A DNA stretch of 63,873 bases, the filler included, from Nitrospinae bacterium RIFCSPLOWO2_12_FULL_45_22 (GTDB lineage Bacteria; 2-12-FULL-45-22), in NCBI GenBank assembly GCA_001803565.1. It is 6 parts of 6 records of this genome, joined end to end, with 100 filler letters (N's around TTAATTAATTAA, not from the genome) between each part and the next. Parts side by side here need not be neighbours in the genome. Positions count along the whole stretch, not along the records: positions 23,723 to 30,005 come from MHDQ01000204.1; positions 30,106 to 52,383 come from MHDQ01000205.1; 4 more parts are not named here. One strand, 5' to 3'. The notes under the pieces are model-generated. The model made no database searches, had not been told where the DNA came from, and saw nothing but the letters and a program-made list of their open reading frames with translations. This document shows, piece after piece, positions 27,866-37,189 of this stretch; the stretch's first letter is position 1; the number at the start of each line of letters is the position of its first letter. The translations under genes were made by a program, and so were the position numbers.

Positions 27866-28326
27866 TACTTTTTAATACCCAATCTTTGTTCTAGATCTTT
27901 GATCTGCTCTAAACGGCGGCTATGCCTCCCACCTTCAAACTCTGTCTCTAACCAAGTCTTTACCACTTCCCGGGCTAAACCCTTCCCCAAAATCCTTCCC
28001 CCTAAGACCAATATATTGGCATCATTATGGCGTCGGCTCATAAAGGCCGTATATTGGTCATGGCAGAGGGCGGCGCAGACATTGGGATATTTGTTAGCCA
28101 CAATAGTCATGCCAATACCGGTACCGCATATCAGTACCCCTCGCTCTACTTTGCCCCGAGAGACCAACTCTGCTATTTTGCTGCCAAACAAAGGATAATC
28201 TACCGATTCCTGGCTGGCTGGGCCTAAATCTTGAACCTGATAACCTTCTTGGGCCAGGTATTCTTTTATATCCTCTTTCAGTTCATAGCCACCATGATCA
28301 CTGGCTAAAGCTATACTTCCCTTCAT
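27865..28326 (-). CDS. rpiB: Ribose 5-phosphate isomerase B
   Basis: ASDHGG, SVDYP, CGTGIG, HNDANIL, FEGGRH. Confidence 0.96.
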   Translation of the reverse strand: MKGSIALASDHGGYELKEDIKEYLAQEGYQVQDLGPASQESVDYPLFGSKIAELVSRGKVERGVLICGTGIGMTIVANKYPNVCAALCHDQYTAFMSRRHNDANILVLGGRILGKGLAREVVKTWLETEFEGGRHSRRLEQIKDLEQRLGIKK

Positions 28327-28329
28327 CTT

Positions 28330-29040
28330 TTACTCCAATATATACTCCTGCCCTGGAGTTAAGACAATAGTCTTCACCCCAGGCTTTTTATTCTGGATAA
28401 GGTTTACAAATCCTCCGGGTTCCTGAACCAGGAAGGGAAAAGTCTTAAAATGCATGGGGATAACTACTTTAGGGTTTAAGAGTTCTACCGCTTTAGCCGC
28501 TTGAACCGGGTCCATGGTAAAACATCCACCAATAGGCAGCAGGGCCACATCTATTGGGTATATCTCCCCCAGCTCTTTCATAGTACCAAAAAGACCTGTA
28601 TCACCGGCATGGTAAAAAGTCTTACCATTTTCTATCTTTACTATATACCCACAAGGGCTTCCCGTCTCCGAGGAATGGAAGGCCTGGGTCATAGTAATAT
28701 TTATCCCCTTCACTTCTACTGTCCCACCAATATTCATACCGAATCCGGCATTGACCACCTGGTTATCGGCTAAACCCAGGGCTGTTTTGAAGCGATTAGC
28801 GGTCTCGGGCTGGGCCACCACCATTGCCCCGGTATTCTGTGCCAGCCTTACGGCATCACCAGCATGGTCAAAATGGTCATGAGAGACCATTATCACATCG
28901 GCTTTATCAATATCCTGTGCCTTAATCGGACAGGATGGATTCCCTTCTATCCATGGGTCCATCAGTATTACTCTGCCTTGAGATGAAGTAACAGCAAAAA
29001 AGGCATGGCCTAGCCACTTCACTTTGACCTCAGAAACCAT
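28330..29040 (-). CDS. UPF0173 metallo-beta-lactamase-fold hydrolase
   Basis: WLGHA, DPW, SHDHFDH, YHAGDTG, LPIGG, IPMHF. Confidence 0.9.
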   Translation of the reverse strand: MVSEVKVKWLGHAFFAVTSSQGRVILMDPWIEGNPSCPIKAQDIDKADVIMVSHDHFDHAGDAVRLAQNTGAMVVAQPETANRFKTALGLADNQVVNAGFGMNIGGTVEVKGINITMTQAFHSSETGSPCGYIVKIENGKTFYHAGDTGLFGTMKELGEIYPIDVALLPIGGCFTMDPVQAAKAVELLNPKVVIPMHFKTFPFLVQEPGGFVNLIQNKKPGVKTIVLTPGQEYILE

Positions 29041-29064
29041 AAAGACATCCCCCTTCCCACCACT

Positions 29065-29700
29065 CTATTTATTATTATTAGCAACTATAACGCTCCATAA
29101 ATCTAATTTTTTCATCTTATAGTGGTTATCTACTTCCAAATTGCCATTCTTTATTAAATAATCGAGGGCCAGGTCAGACCGCCAGCCTACTTTTGTGCAC
29201 AGAGGAGAAATAATCTCTTCTATTTTAGCCACCACTTTGTGCCTGCTCTGAAAATGATTAACAATAACTATCCTTCCATCTTTCTTGCTAACGCGCTTCA
29301 TTTCCTCGATCAATTGTACCGGGTTCGGGACTACACTTATGACAAAGGTAGCTATGACATAATCAAAGGTATCATCCTTCAAGGCTAACTTCAAGGCATC
29401 CATCTCTGCCAGACAAACATGACCGAAACCGTTCTTCATTACCTTCTTGGCAGCTACCTTCAGCATGGGGCCAGATAAGTCTATACCTAAGACATTACAG
29501 TAAGGGGGATAAAGGCTAAGAGATAAGCCGGTACCAATACCTACGTCTAACACCCATTCCCCAGGCTTAATCCCTAAAGATTGGATAACATGGCGTTGCC
29601 TGGGGTAAAAAAAATTCTTAAAGATCAGGTCATAGAACTTGGCATAGCCGGCATAAATCTTCTTCATCTTCTCGGTTTCTAAAACCAAACTCTCTCTCAT
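29065..29700 (-). CDS. Class I SAM methyltransferase, PmtA-like phospholipid N-methyltransferase
   Basis: YAKFYDLIF, VLDVGIGTGLSL, GIDLS, VISVVPNP, IVNHF. Confidence 0.8.
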   Translation of the reverse strand: MRESLVLETEKMKKIYAGYAKFYDLIFKNFFYPRQRHVIQSLGIKPGEWVLDVGIGTGLSLSLYPPYCNVLGIDLSGPMLKVAAKKVMKNGFGHVCLAEMDALKLALKDDTFDYVIATFVISVVPNPVQLIEEMKRVSKKDGRIVIVNHFQSRHKVVAKIEEIISPLCTKVGWRSDLALDYLIKNGNLEVDNHYKMKKLDLWSVIVANNNK

Positions 29701-29729
29701 CAGTTCTTTTCCCTTCGGTTAAGCTACTA

Positions 29730-29852
29730 GTAACAGTTCAGGTTCTTTGTCATTTCGAGCGCAGCGAGAAATCTTTCCGAGACCGGAGGTAAATAAAGAT
29801 TCCTCCCTTAGGTCGGAAGGGACATTTATTTTCGATAGAGGCTGAATTGTTA
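29730..29852. mobile_element. MITE with GTAACAGTTCAG-type ends and an 8-bp target duplication (AGCTACTA), enclosing a GTCATT..AGATTCCT palindrome
   Basis: AGCTACTA at 29722-29729 and 29853-29860; ends GTAACAGTTCAG / CTGAATTGTTA. Confidence 0.7.
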
Positions 29853-30005
29853 AGCTACTAATTTTCCCAGGACGGCCACAAATTGCTATCCCTCACACCA
29901 ATGATCTCAGGCAAGATGCCTGACCTATCTCATGATCCAGACAGAAAATGCCGAGCGTAATTCAAATAGAAAATAGCCCGTGCATCTTGCCCGGGGAAAA
30001 AACTA

Positions 30006-30105
30006 NNNNNNNNNNNNNNNNNNNNNNNNNNNNNNNNNNNNNNNNNNNNTTAATTAATTAANNNNNNNNNNNNNNNNNNNNNNNNNNNNNNNNNNNNNNN
30101 NNNNN
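30006..30105. other. Artificial contig linker
   Basis: N-run/TTAATTAATTAA/N-run. Confidence 0.97.
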
Positions 30106-30342
30106 TCCTATCCCTTCAATGGTCTTCCGCACTATCCGGGGAAAATCGAGGATTGCCGCAGTGGTTATTTCTCCGGCTACGACCACTAAACCGGTGGTTA
30201 ATAGAGTTTCACATGCCACCCGTCCGGTAGGGTCTTGCTCCATAACCGCATCTAATATGGCATCAGATATCTGATCAGCAATCTTATCCGGGTGCCCTTC
30301 TGTCACTGACTCCGAAGTGAAAAGTCTACTCTTCTTGCTCAT
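30106..30342 (-). CDS. metK: S-adenosylmethionine synthetase (N-terminus only, cut by the contig end)
   Basis: [36 protein letters not shown]. Confidence 0.97.
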
Positions 30343-30414
30343 ATCCTCTCCCTTTCTAAGCTACACCGTCCAGATTAAAAAAGTCCACCAAAACTCCTAA
30401 AGTGGCACATCACT

Positions 30415-31173
30415 CTATGATACTTGATATCTTGGGCACTGGATCAGGCATTCGATACATTCGACCCTGAAAGGCCTACCCAAGGTATTTGTTACTAGCT
30501 GAGAAAAACTATCCCCCTGGAGCCGTCGGGGCAAAAAGCGGGTAATAACCGAGGCTTTTAAGAGGGGATGAGCAACTGCATGGTCAAAACACCGGGGCTG
30601 CTCAAATTTGTCTGGCTTAATAGCCCTTGGGGGACAGGCTTTTATACAGACCTGGCAAGCGGGCTCGCAGAAGGATTCTTCAAAGGGTTTATCAGGTACG
30701 AGCTCTGCCGTAGTCAATACCCCCCCCAGGCGCAACCTGGGGCCGTATCTTTCGTTTATCAGCAAGTAATTTTTCCCCAAGGAACCCATACCAGCTATCC
30801 GGGCAGCATGTTTTAAAGAGAATATCCCCCGATACCAACCATCTCGACGATGCAAAGGGGTACAGGAAGGTATAGGTGCAGAGAGGGATCCAGTCTCTTC
30901 TAATTTACCAGCAATGAGCAAGGCCAGGTCGTCCATAATAGCAAAATAGCGCTCATAGGCATGCATATAGAGATCATAGCGGCTATTTAATGCCTCAAAT
31001 ACCCCTCTAGGGATGGCCTTAGCAAAGATTATCACACTCCGGCACCCAGGTAAAATATCGGTAGGATTATATCCCGGGGGGGCGTCAAAGAGATTGGGGT
31101 CAGCAATCCCCATCAAGTCCATCCCTTTACCCAGGATATAGTCTCTTAAACCCTCTCTATTCATATTAGCCAC
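30415..31173 (-). CDS. QueG / reductive-dehalogenase-like cobalamin and 4Fe-4S protein
   Basis: SLKHAARIAGMGSLGKN, YGPRLRLGGVLT, CxxxCxxCxxxCP and CxxCxxxCP. Confidence 0.8.
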   Translation of the reverse strand: MANMNREGLRDYILGKGMDLMGIADPNLFDAPPGYNPTDILPGCRSVIIFAKAIPRGVFEALNSRYDLYMHAYERYFAIMDDLALLIAGKLEETGSLSAPIPSCTPLHRRDGWYRGIFSLKHAARIAGMGSLGKNYLLINERYGPRLRLGGVLTTAELVPDKPFEESFCEPACQVCIKACPPRAIKPDKFEQPRCFDHAVAHPLLKASVITRFLPRRLQGDSFSQLVTNTLGRPFRVECIECLIQCPRYQVS

Positions 31174-31189
31174 TTATCCATCCATCCAA

Positions 31190-32131
31190 TTAATCAAATA
31201 GAGAACTTATGGAGGTCTCATTATGTATACTGTTAATGGCCTCACCAAATAAATGGGCTACCGATAAGAGCCTAATCTTCTCACACTTTTTCGCCTCTTC
31301 TCTCAAGGCAATAGTATTAGTTACTACTACTTCGGTCAAGTCAGACTTTTCTATCCTCTGCACTGCTGGGCCGGAGAGGACGGGATGGGTAGCACAGGCC
31401 CGCACACTCCTGGCCCCATGTTTTAATAACGCATTAGCCGCTTGAGTTAGAGTACCCGCCGTATCAATCAGATCGTCCACAATCAAAGTATCCTTACCTT
31501 TTACATCGCCAATAACATGCATCACCTCGGAAATGTTAGGCTGATCCCGCCTCTTATCAATGATGCCCAGAGAAACATTTAATTTCTTGGCATAAGTCCT
31601 GGCCCGTTCTACCCCACCCGCATCGGGAGAAATTACTACCAGATTTTTTAGCTTGAGGGAGCGGAAATAATCCACCAGGACCGGGCGGGCGTAGAGATGA
31701 TCCACAGGGATATCAAAAAAACCCTGGATTTGTCCGGCATGGAGTTCCATAGCCAATACCCGGTCTGCACCTGAGGCTGTTATCAGCCGGGCCACTAATT
31801 TAGCAGTGATAGGGACACGGGGTTGGACTTTTCTATCCTGTCGGGCATAGCCATAATATGGTATCACCGCAGTGATCCGTTTAGCAGACGCCCTCTTCAA
31901 GGCATCAATGATGATCAGGAGCTCCATAAGGTTTTCGTTTCCTGGAAAGCAGGAAGGCTGTATTACGAAGGCATCCTGGCCCCGGACATTCTCATTTATC
32001 TGAACCAGGATCTCTCCATCACTAAAGTTAGATATCTCCATATCCCCTAAAGGAATTTTTAAATAATGGCAGACTTCTTGAGAAAGTCCTTCATTAGCCC
32101 TCCCGGAAAAAACCTTTAACCCATCAATCAC
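31190..32131 (-). CDS. prs: Ribose-phosphate pyrophosphokinase
   Basis: [45 protein letters not shown]. Confidence 0.97.
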   Translation of the reverse strand: MIDGLKVFSGRANEGLSQEVCHYLKIPLGDMEISNFSDGEILVQINENVRGQDAFVIQPSCFPGNENLMELLIIIDALKRASAKRITAVIPYYGYARQDRKVQPRVPITAKLVARLITASGADRVLAMELHAGQIQGFFDIPVDHLYARPVLVDYFRSLKLKNLVVISPDAGGVERARTYAKKLNVSLGIIDKRRDQPNISEVMHVIGDVKGKDTLIVDDLIDTAGTLTQAANALLKHGARSVRACATHPVLSGPAVQRIEKSDLTEVVVTNTIALREEAKKCEKIRLLSVAHLFGEAINSIHNETSISSLFD

Positions 32132-32212
32132 TTCTCCCCCCTCCTTAACAATAAAAATAATGTTTTGAAAAGGCCCAGGTTGCTATCTTACCCTTTTGTA
32201 ACCCCAGTTTGC

Positions 32213-33064
32213 CTAAGGCACTCGTGCCAGATAGTCTTCTATCTGCATCTTGCGATATTCTCTAATCCCTTTATAGCGGAGCCGGTTTTTAGCTAGTGGA
32301 GACGCTAGCGCATCATAGGGGCAGATATTAATACAACCCCAGCAGCCCATACATCTATTATTATCCAGCATAGGGAAGGGTTTTAATTCTATAGCCTGGG
32401 TAGGACAATTGGCCGCACATAAGCCACACTGGACACACTTGGTCCGGTCCACTATCACCCGTCCCATCATACGCCGCATCATATCCTTGGTAGCGAAGCG
32501 GGTCAAGCTATCTAAAGCAGCCGAGCGGGAAAAGGCCAGCCCTGGGGAGATATCATATCCCCCCCTTACCAAGGTATAGCGATGAATCAGTTCGCTAGCA
32601 AAGTTCCGTACTAATATAGCATCGTGATTGGTAGGTCGGCCAGCACTGAGTATTAAGCCAGGAAACCTAATAGGAGTAAAGGATTCTTCTGCCCGCATTG
32701 CCTGTACCCCCAGCAGACGTATGCCTTTGGCCTGGAGGAGTTGAGCAAGGGTAGCTATAGTATTAGCTGGATACATGCCATAAGTGATAAACACAAAGCC
32801 ATATTTGCCCGGGAAGGAAGGTAGTTGAGCGAGACATTCAGTCACGTTGGGAGCAGGTTGTAAGCTATAAACCGGCGAAGCAATACCAATAGCATCATAT
32901 TTTTCTAGCTTATCTGCGGTTACAGCGGCTACCCTGGTAAGGTCACACTTACCCCCCTCCCTCTGTATCTGCCACTGGATTATCTCTGCCCCAAACCTGG
33001 TATTACCAGTAGAGGATTGATAAATAATGTTGCATTTCATTTTCTTTTCCGTCTTTCTGGGCAC
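32213..33064 (-). CDS. EFR1-family flavodoxin-ferredoxin fusion
   Basis: YQSSTGNT, ASPVY, two CxxCxxCxxxCP motifs; AGGAGG RBS. Confidence 0.85.
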   Translation of the reverse strand: MPRKTEKKMKCNIIYQSSTGNTRFGAEIIQWQIQREGGKCDLTRVAAVTADKLEKYDAIGIASPVYSLQPAPNVTECLAQLPSFPGKYGFVFITYGMYPANTIATLAQLLQAKGIRLLGVQAMRAEESFTPIRFPGLILSAGRPTNHDAILVRNFASELIHRYTLVRGGYDISPGLAFSRSAALDSLTRFATKDMMRRMMGRVIVDRTKCVQCGLCAANCPTQAIELKPFPMLDNNRCMGCWGCINICPYDALASPLAKNRLRYKGIREYRKMQIEDYLARVP

Positions 33065-33204
33065 TTAAAGACCTCCTTAATTATGAATAGGTCATAACCC
33101 TTATAAGAAGAAAAGATTTGGAGATACTCCTCTCTTTACACCCATAGTGGGTGAACATCTATAATAAATTAACCCCGAAGTTGGCCTAGAGCGCTGTATC
33201 CGGT

Positions 33205-34251
33205 TTATTTTTTTACGGGTTGTTTATTGTAGAGTAATTCTCTTATCCTCTCCCGGTCTAAACGGATCTCCTCAAAAGGTCTACGCCGTACCCGGTGGAG
33301 CAAAGCCAGCTCAGCGGTCTCTTCTACATCCGTTAAGCTTATTTCTGGCCTTTGATTAAGGGATGCCAGGGTCATAGCCGCTTTCATCATAACAATATCA
33401 GCCCGATGGCCATCTACGCCAATCTCTATAGCTACATTAGCTATCTTTAAGAGCATCTCGTCACTTATCTTGACCCGGGGGAGCAACTTCTGGGCCTCTA
33501 AGATTTGATCCCTTAGACACTGCTCTTCTGGCTGCCATTTTTCTACAAAGGCCTCGGGGTCTATTTCAAACTCCGTACGACGGCGGACTACTTCCACCCT
33601 CTGCTCTATCTCCCTTATTCCTTCAATGTTCACACATAGGCCAAATCTATCCAGGAGTTGGGGCCGTAACTCCCCCTCTTCTGGATTCATAGTACCTACC
33701 AGGATAAAGTCTGCCGGGTGACTAAAAGAGATCCCCTCTCGCTCTATGGTATTAACCCCCATAGCAGCCGAATCCAACAATACATCCACCAGGTGATCAT
33801 CTAACAAATTTACCTCATCTACATAGAGTATCCCTCGATTACAGTCAGCTAAGATGCCTGGTTCAAAACGCTTCTCACCAGTCTTTATGGCTTGTTCAAT
33901 ATCTAAGGTTCCTACTACCCGGTCCTCAGTAGCACTTACCGGAAGATTGACTACCTTTATCTTCCGCTTAGTAACTGGCAGAGGCGCCTTTTTCTCTACC
34001 CTGGCTTTACATCTCTGACATAGCTTATTAAAATCGTGGGGGTCACAACTAAACGGACAGTCTTCCACCACCTCTATCTCAGGCAATACCGCCGCTAATG
34101 CCCTGACTGCGGTAGATTTTGCCGTCCCTTTCTCCCCCCGGATCAATACTCCAGAGAGGCGATGATTGACAGCATTCAATATGAGGGATTGCTTCATCTG
34201 GGCTTGGCCAACAATAGCTGTAAAGGGATAAATAAAATATCTAGGTTTCAT
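33205..34251 (-). CDS. Magnesium/cobalt chelatase subunit I-like AAA+ ATPase
   Basis: YPFTAIVGQ, GEKGTAKST, ATEDRVVG, YVDEVNLL, MNPEEGELRPQLLDRFG. Confidence 0.92.
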   Translation of the reverse strand: MKPRYFIYPFTAIVGQAQMKQSLILNAVNHRLSGVLIRGEKGTAKSTAVRALAAVLPEIEVVEDCPFSCDPHDFNKLCQRCKARVEKKAPLPVTKRKIKVVNLPVSATEDRVVGTLDIEQAIKTGEKRFEPGILADCNRGILYVDEVNLLDDHLVDVLLDSAAMGVNTIEREGISFSHPADFILVGTMNPEEGELRPQLLDRFGLCVNIEGIREIEQRVEVVRRRTEFEIDPEAFVEKWQPEEQCLRDQILEAQKLLPRVKISDEMLLKIANVAIEIGVDGHRADIVMMKAAMTLASLNQRPEISLTDVEETAELALLHRVRRRPFEEIRLDRERIRELLYNKQPVKK

Positions 34252-34271
34252 TAAGAGATTTACCTTATTTT

Positions 34272-34493
34272 CTACTTTAAGAGGGCCTCGTATTCAGCCT
34301 TAGTAATTTGTTTTACATTTTCATGACCACACTTAGGACATTTAACCTTCCCACCAAAAAGCAGGTTTGGAATAAATAGAATAGGAGACAATAAACACCC
34401 CAACGGAAAACCTAAAGGGGGAAATAACCCCTTGCTAGCAGGACCAACATAACCACATTTTGGACATTCAACATACACTTCTGACTGGAACAT
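34272..34493 (-). CDS. Small zinc-ribbon membrane protein
   Basis: CPKC-hydrophobic stretch-CPKC; GGAGGTGA RBS. Confidence 0.7.
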   Translation of the reverse strand: MFQSEVYVECPKCGYVGPASKGLFPPLGFPLGCLLSPILFIPNLLFGGKVKCPKCGHENVKQITKAEYEALLK

Positions 34494-34747
34494 CCTTCAC
34501 CTCCTGAATAGAATGGTTAAATAATTTATTTTTAGGAAACTTTTTACCAAAAAGTTTAATAAAAGTCACCTACCCCTCGCCTTCAGTCATTAGACAAAGT
34601 AAGGAGTTTGACTCCTTATTTTGGACTCTCTGTTTGAAATTGTCAAGGGATTTTTATGATATCATGATTCATTTTTTGAACGGCTTTACAGAGGCAGTCC
34701 TTTCTAAGCTACAACGGAAGCGGTTATTTAGTTCTTATAGATTATAG

Positions 34748-35440
34748 CTAAGAAATGGAGTCTAGCAAAGTTTTATAAAAGGTTAGGTCGGACAATAGGT
34801 AGTCCGGGGAGAGTTGCTTAAGTTCTTCCAGGGAATAACGCCCGGTAGCTACGCCTACTGTGGTTGCTTGGGCTTGGCGGCCAAAGATTATATCCCGGGG
34901 AGTATCACCAATTACATAGATGTCCTCCTTAGTCAATTCTGTTTCGGGTAAAAACTTCTTTGCCCTACTAATAGCTAGCCGGACCAGTTCTCCTCTATCT
35001 TCTGAGTCAGAACCATAAGCCCCAAAAAGGAAATATTTATAGATTCCCCCCCGCTTTAGTTTTATCTCTGCACCCTGCTGGATATTTCCGCTAGCTATAC
35101 CCAGGAGGATGTTTTGCCGGGCATGGAGGTCTTCCAGCATCTCTTTTACGCCTGGCATGAGACGATAATTGGGCGATATCAATATCTCTTCTTTTAGAAA
35201 GGCAATATATTCCGTCAATATCTCCTCTATTTTAGTAGGTTCTATCTCTTGCTTGACCTTATTTTTGCGGATAGCCTCCCTAACAATTTCTGGGTCAGTC
35301 TTCCCATCCATAGTAATCCCCTGAAAGGCATTTTCTATCCCATAAATCTTTTGGAATGCCCGGCTAAGAGATCTGGTCCCTGCCCCACCAGTATGCAATA
35401 ATGTCCCATCAATATCCAATAGGAATACCTTCTGCCTCAT
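34748..35440 (-). CDS. HAD-family phosphatase (phosphoglycolate phosphatase-like)
   Basis: LDIDGTLL, GKTD, ASGN, GAYGSD, IGDTPRD. Confidence 0.9.
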   Translation of the reverse strand: MRQKVFLLDIDGTLLHTGGAGTRSLSRAFQKIYGIENAFQGITMDGKTDPEIVREAIRKNKVKQEIEPTKIEEILTEYIAFLKEEILISPNYRLMPGVKEMLEDLHARQNILLGIASGNIQQGAEIKLKRGGIYKYFLFGAYGSDSEDRGELVRLAISRAKKFLPETELTKEDIYVIGDTPRDIIFGRQAQATTVGVATGRYSLEELKQLSPDYLLSDLTFYKTLLDSIS

Positions 35441-35538
35441 CCTTATCTTTCCCTCGAGTTCCAAGAAAATAATAATAATTTCAACTCTGACCCAATGTGG
35501 GGTTTAAAATAACATATCTGACTGATAAAGGAAATATG

Positions 35539-35749
35539 GTAACTGTTTAGCCAAAATAAGCCCTATAATATTAGCCACGGGTACACACGGATGAACACTG
35601 ATTCTTGCCTTCATGGCAAAATTAACAAGGTAAAATTAGCAATTAACAAGAAGGAATTGATTTTGAAATGCTAACTGCTAATTTTGCATTTTGCATTGCC
35701 TATCCGTGTCCATCCGTGGCTAAAATCCTAATGTTGGCTAAGTTGTTAT
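35539..35749. mobile_element. MITE with GTAACTGTTTAGCCAA-type TIRs and an 8-bp target duplication (GAAATATG)
   Basis: GAAATATG at 35531-35538 and 35750-35757; right end TTGGCTAAGTTGTTAT; internal CACGG nonamer and AATTA heptamer arms. Confidence 0.75.
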
Positions 35750-35758
35750 GAAATATGT

Positions 35759-37189
35759 TTAATCGGCCTGGCCTTTTTTTGGTTTTAGAGCCCTTATTTC
35801 TAGGACGGTAGTAGTTGCAGGGGTTATCTTTGCCCCATCACTTATCTGATGCCCAACCACCCAGAGAATCTCTGCCCCTGAAACCACCAAGGGGATTCTA
35901 TCTCGGTCTTCCCGCCGAACTTTATGGTCAATAAAAAACTCTTTCAGCTTCTTACTCCCTCGCAAACCCAGGGGCCAGAATCGGTTCCCTATATCTCTGG
36001 TTCTAATGATTAGGGGCAGATTTAGTTTGTGATAATCAAGAAAGGCTATAAAACGATTATCTTTGGCTTCTTGTAGGCTGATATTGGTCCGGGGTTTAAT
36101 AGTAGTACTGAAGATCAGGCCATAGTCTGGTAAATAGGTGCTACCAGGAACCTCTAACTCTTTTTCTGGTAATGGATAAGAAGGGGAGCTTTCTTTCCAT
36201 CTAATTATGATTCTGTCCTTATCGCTTTGTGCCATTAATCCCCCGGGTAGATTAAGAGAGGCGGGTTCAGGGTTATCACGAGTTATTATCCTAAGAAGGC
36301 CAAAGGTATGCCGCGTCGGGAGGCCATACGACCCTCCCTGCAGCTCCTGTATGACCTGCCGTAAAACTCTTCTCTGCAAGGCAGGGTGTAGTTCTAACAA
36401 TCCAGGCTTATCGAGGATTATATTTAATGGGCCCTTCTCCAGGATTAGTCCGGATAAGAGCTGCTGAGATACATCCTCCAGGAGACTCTCTTCTTCACGT
36501 AATACTTCTGCCAGTCTGGCCAAGGTATTGACAATATTGGGGTTATACCCCTTCTTTATCTCTGGCAATAGCTCCAACCGGAGCTTATTGCGGAAATAGA
36601 CGGGCTTTAGATTGGAGGGGTCAGTAATATAGCTAATGTTCTGCTGGGTTAAAAAATCTTCTACCTCTTGCCTGGTAGTCTCTAGCAGGGGCCGGATATA
36701 GAAGAAAAAATTTTCCTCCCTGATAGGTAGGATACCGCTTAATCCTTTAAGACCTGTACCCCGTAGTAACCTCATGAGGATAGTCTCTGCCTGGTCATCG
36801 GCAGTGTGGCCCAGGGCAATCTTATTGAATTTCAGATTTTGAGCGGTTTGCATGAAAAAGCGATACCTAACCTCCCGGGCCGCAGTTTGCAAGGAAAGTC
36901 TTTTTTCTTTTTGATAAGCCAGGCAATCTATAGCTGCAATAGTATAGGGCAGGTTTAGACCCTGAGCAATTTTTTGGACAAATAAGGCATCGGCAAAAGA
37001 CCTATCCGGCCGGATCAGATGATTAAGATGTGCTATATGTAAAAAGAGTCCATATTCATCCGCTAAGGAATATAGGGCATATAGCAGGGAGATGGAATCA
37101 GCCCCACCGGAAACCGTTACTAATACCCTATCTCCTCGCTCTAATAACCTATATTTATAAATAGTGGCCTTTACTTTGTCTAAAAACAT
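35759..37189 (-). CDS. tilS: tRNA(Ile)-lysidine synthetase
   Basis: VSGGADS, HLNH, AREVRY, GHTADDQAET, IRPLL, DPSN, RNKLR. Confidence 0.96.
   Translation of the reverse strand: MFLDKVKATIYKYRLLERGDRVLVTVSGGADSISLLYALYSLADEYGLFLHIAHLNHLIRPDRSFADALFVQKIAQGLNLPYTIAAIDCLAYQKEKRLSLQTAAREVRYRFFMQTAQNLKFNKIALGHTADDQAETILMRLLRGTGLKGLSGILPIREENFFFYIRPLLETTRQEVEDFLTQQNISYITDPSNLKPVYFRNKLRLELLPEIKKGYNPNIVNTLARLAEVLREEESLLEDVSQQLLSGLILEKGPLNIILDKPGLLELHPALQRRVLRQVIQELQGGSYGLPTRHTFGLLRIITRDNPEPASLNLPGGLMAQSDKDRIIIRWKESSPSYPLPEKELEVPGSTYLPDYGLIFSTTIKPRTNISLQEAKDNRFIAFLDYHKLNLPLIIRTRDIGNRFWPLGLRGSKKLKEFFIDHKVRREDRDRIPLVVSGAEILWVVGHQISDGAKITPATTTVLEIRALKPKKGQAD

Noticed and set aside
27362-28326. No glyA between rpiB and the deaminase gene
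   Set aside because: Gene-order variation only; the two genes abut cleanly with no remnant.
34560-34620. Hairpin upstream of the small Zn-ribbon gene, considered as a riboswitch
   Set aside because: No convincing match to c-di-GMP or other riboswitch consensus by eye; needs an Rfam scan.
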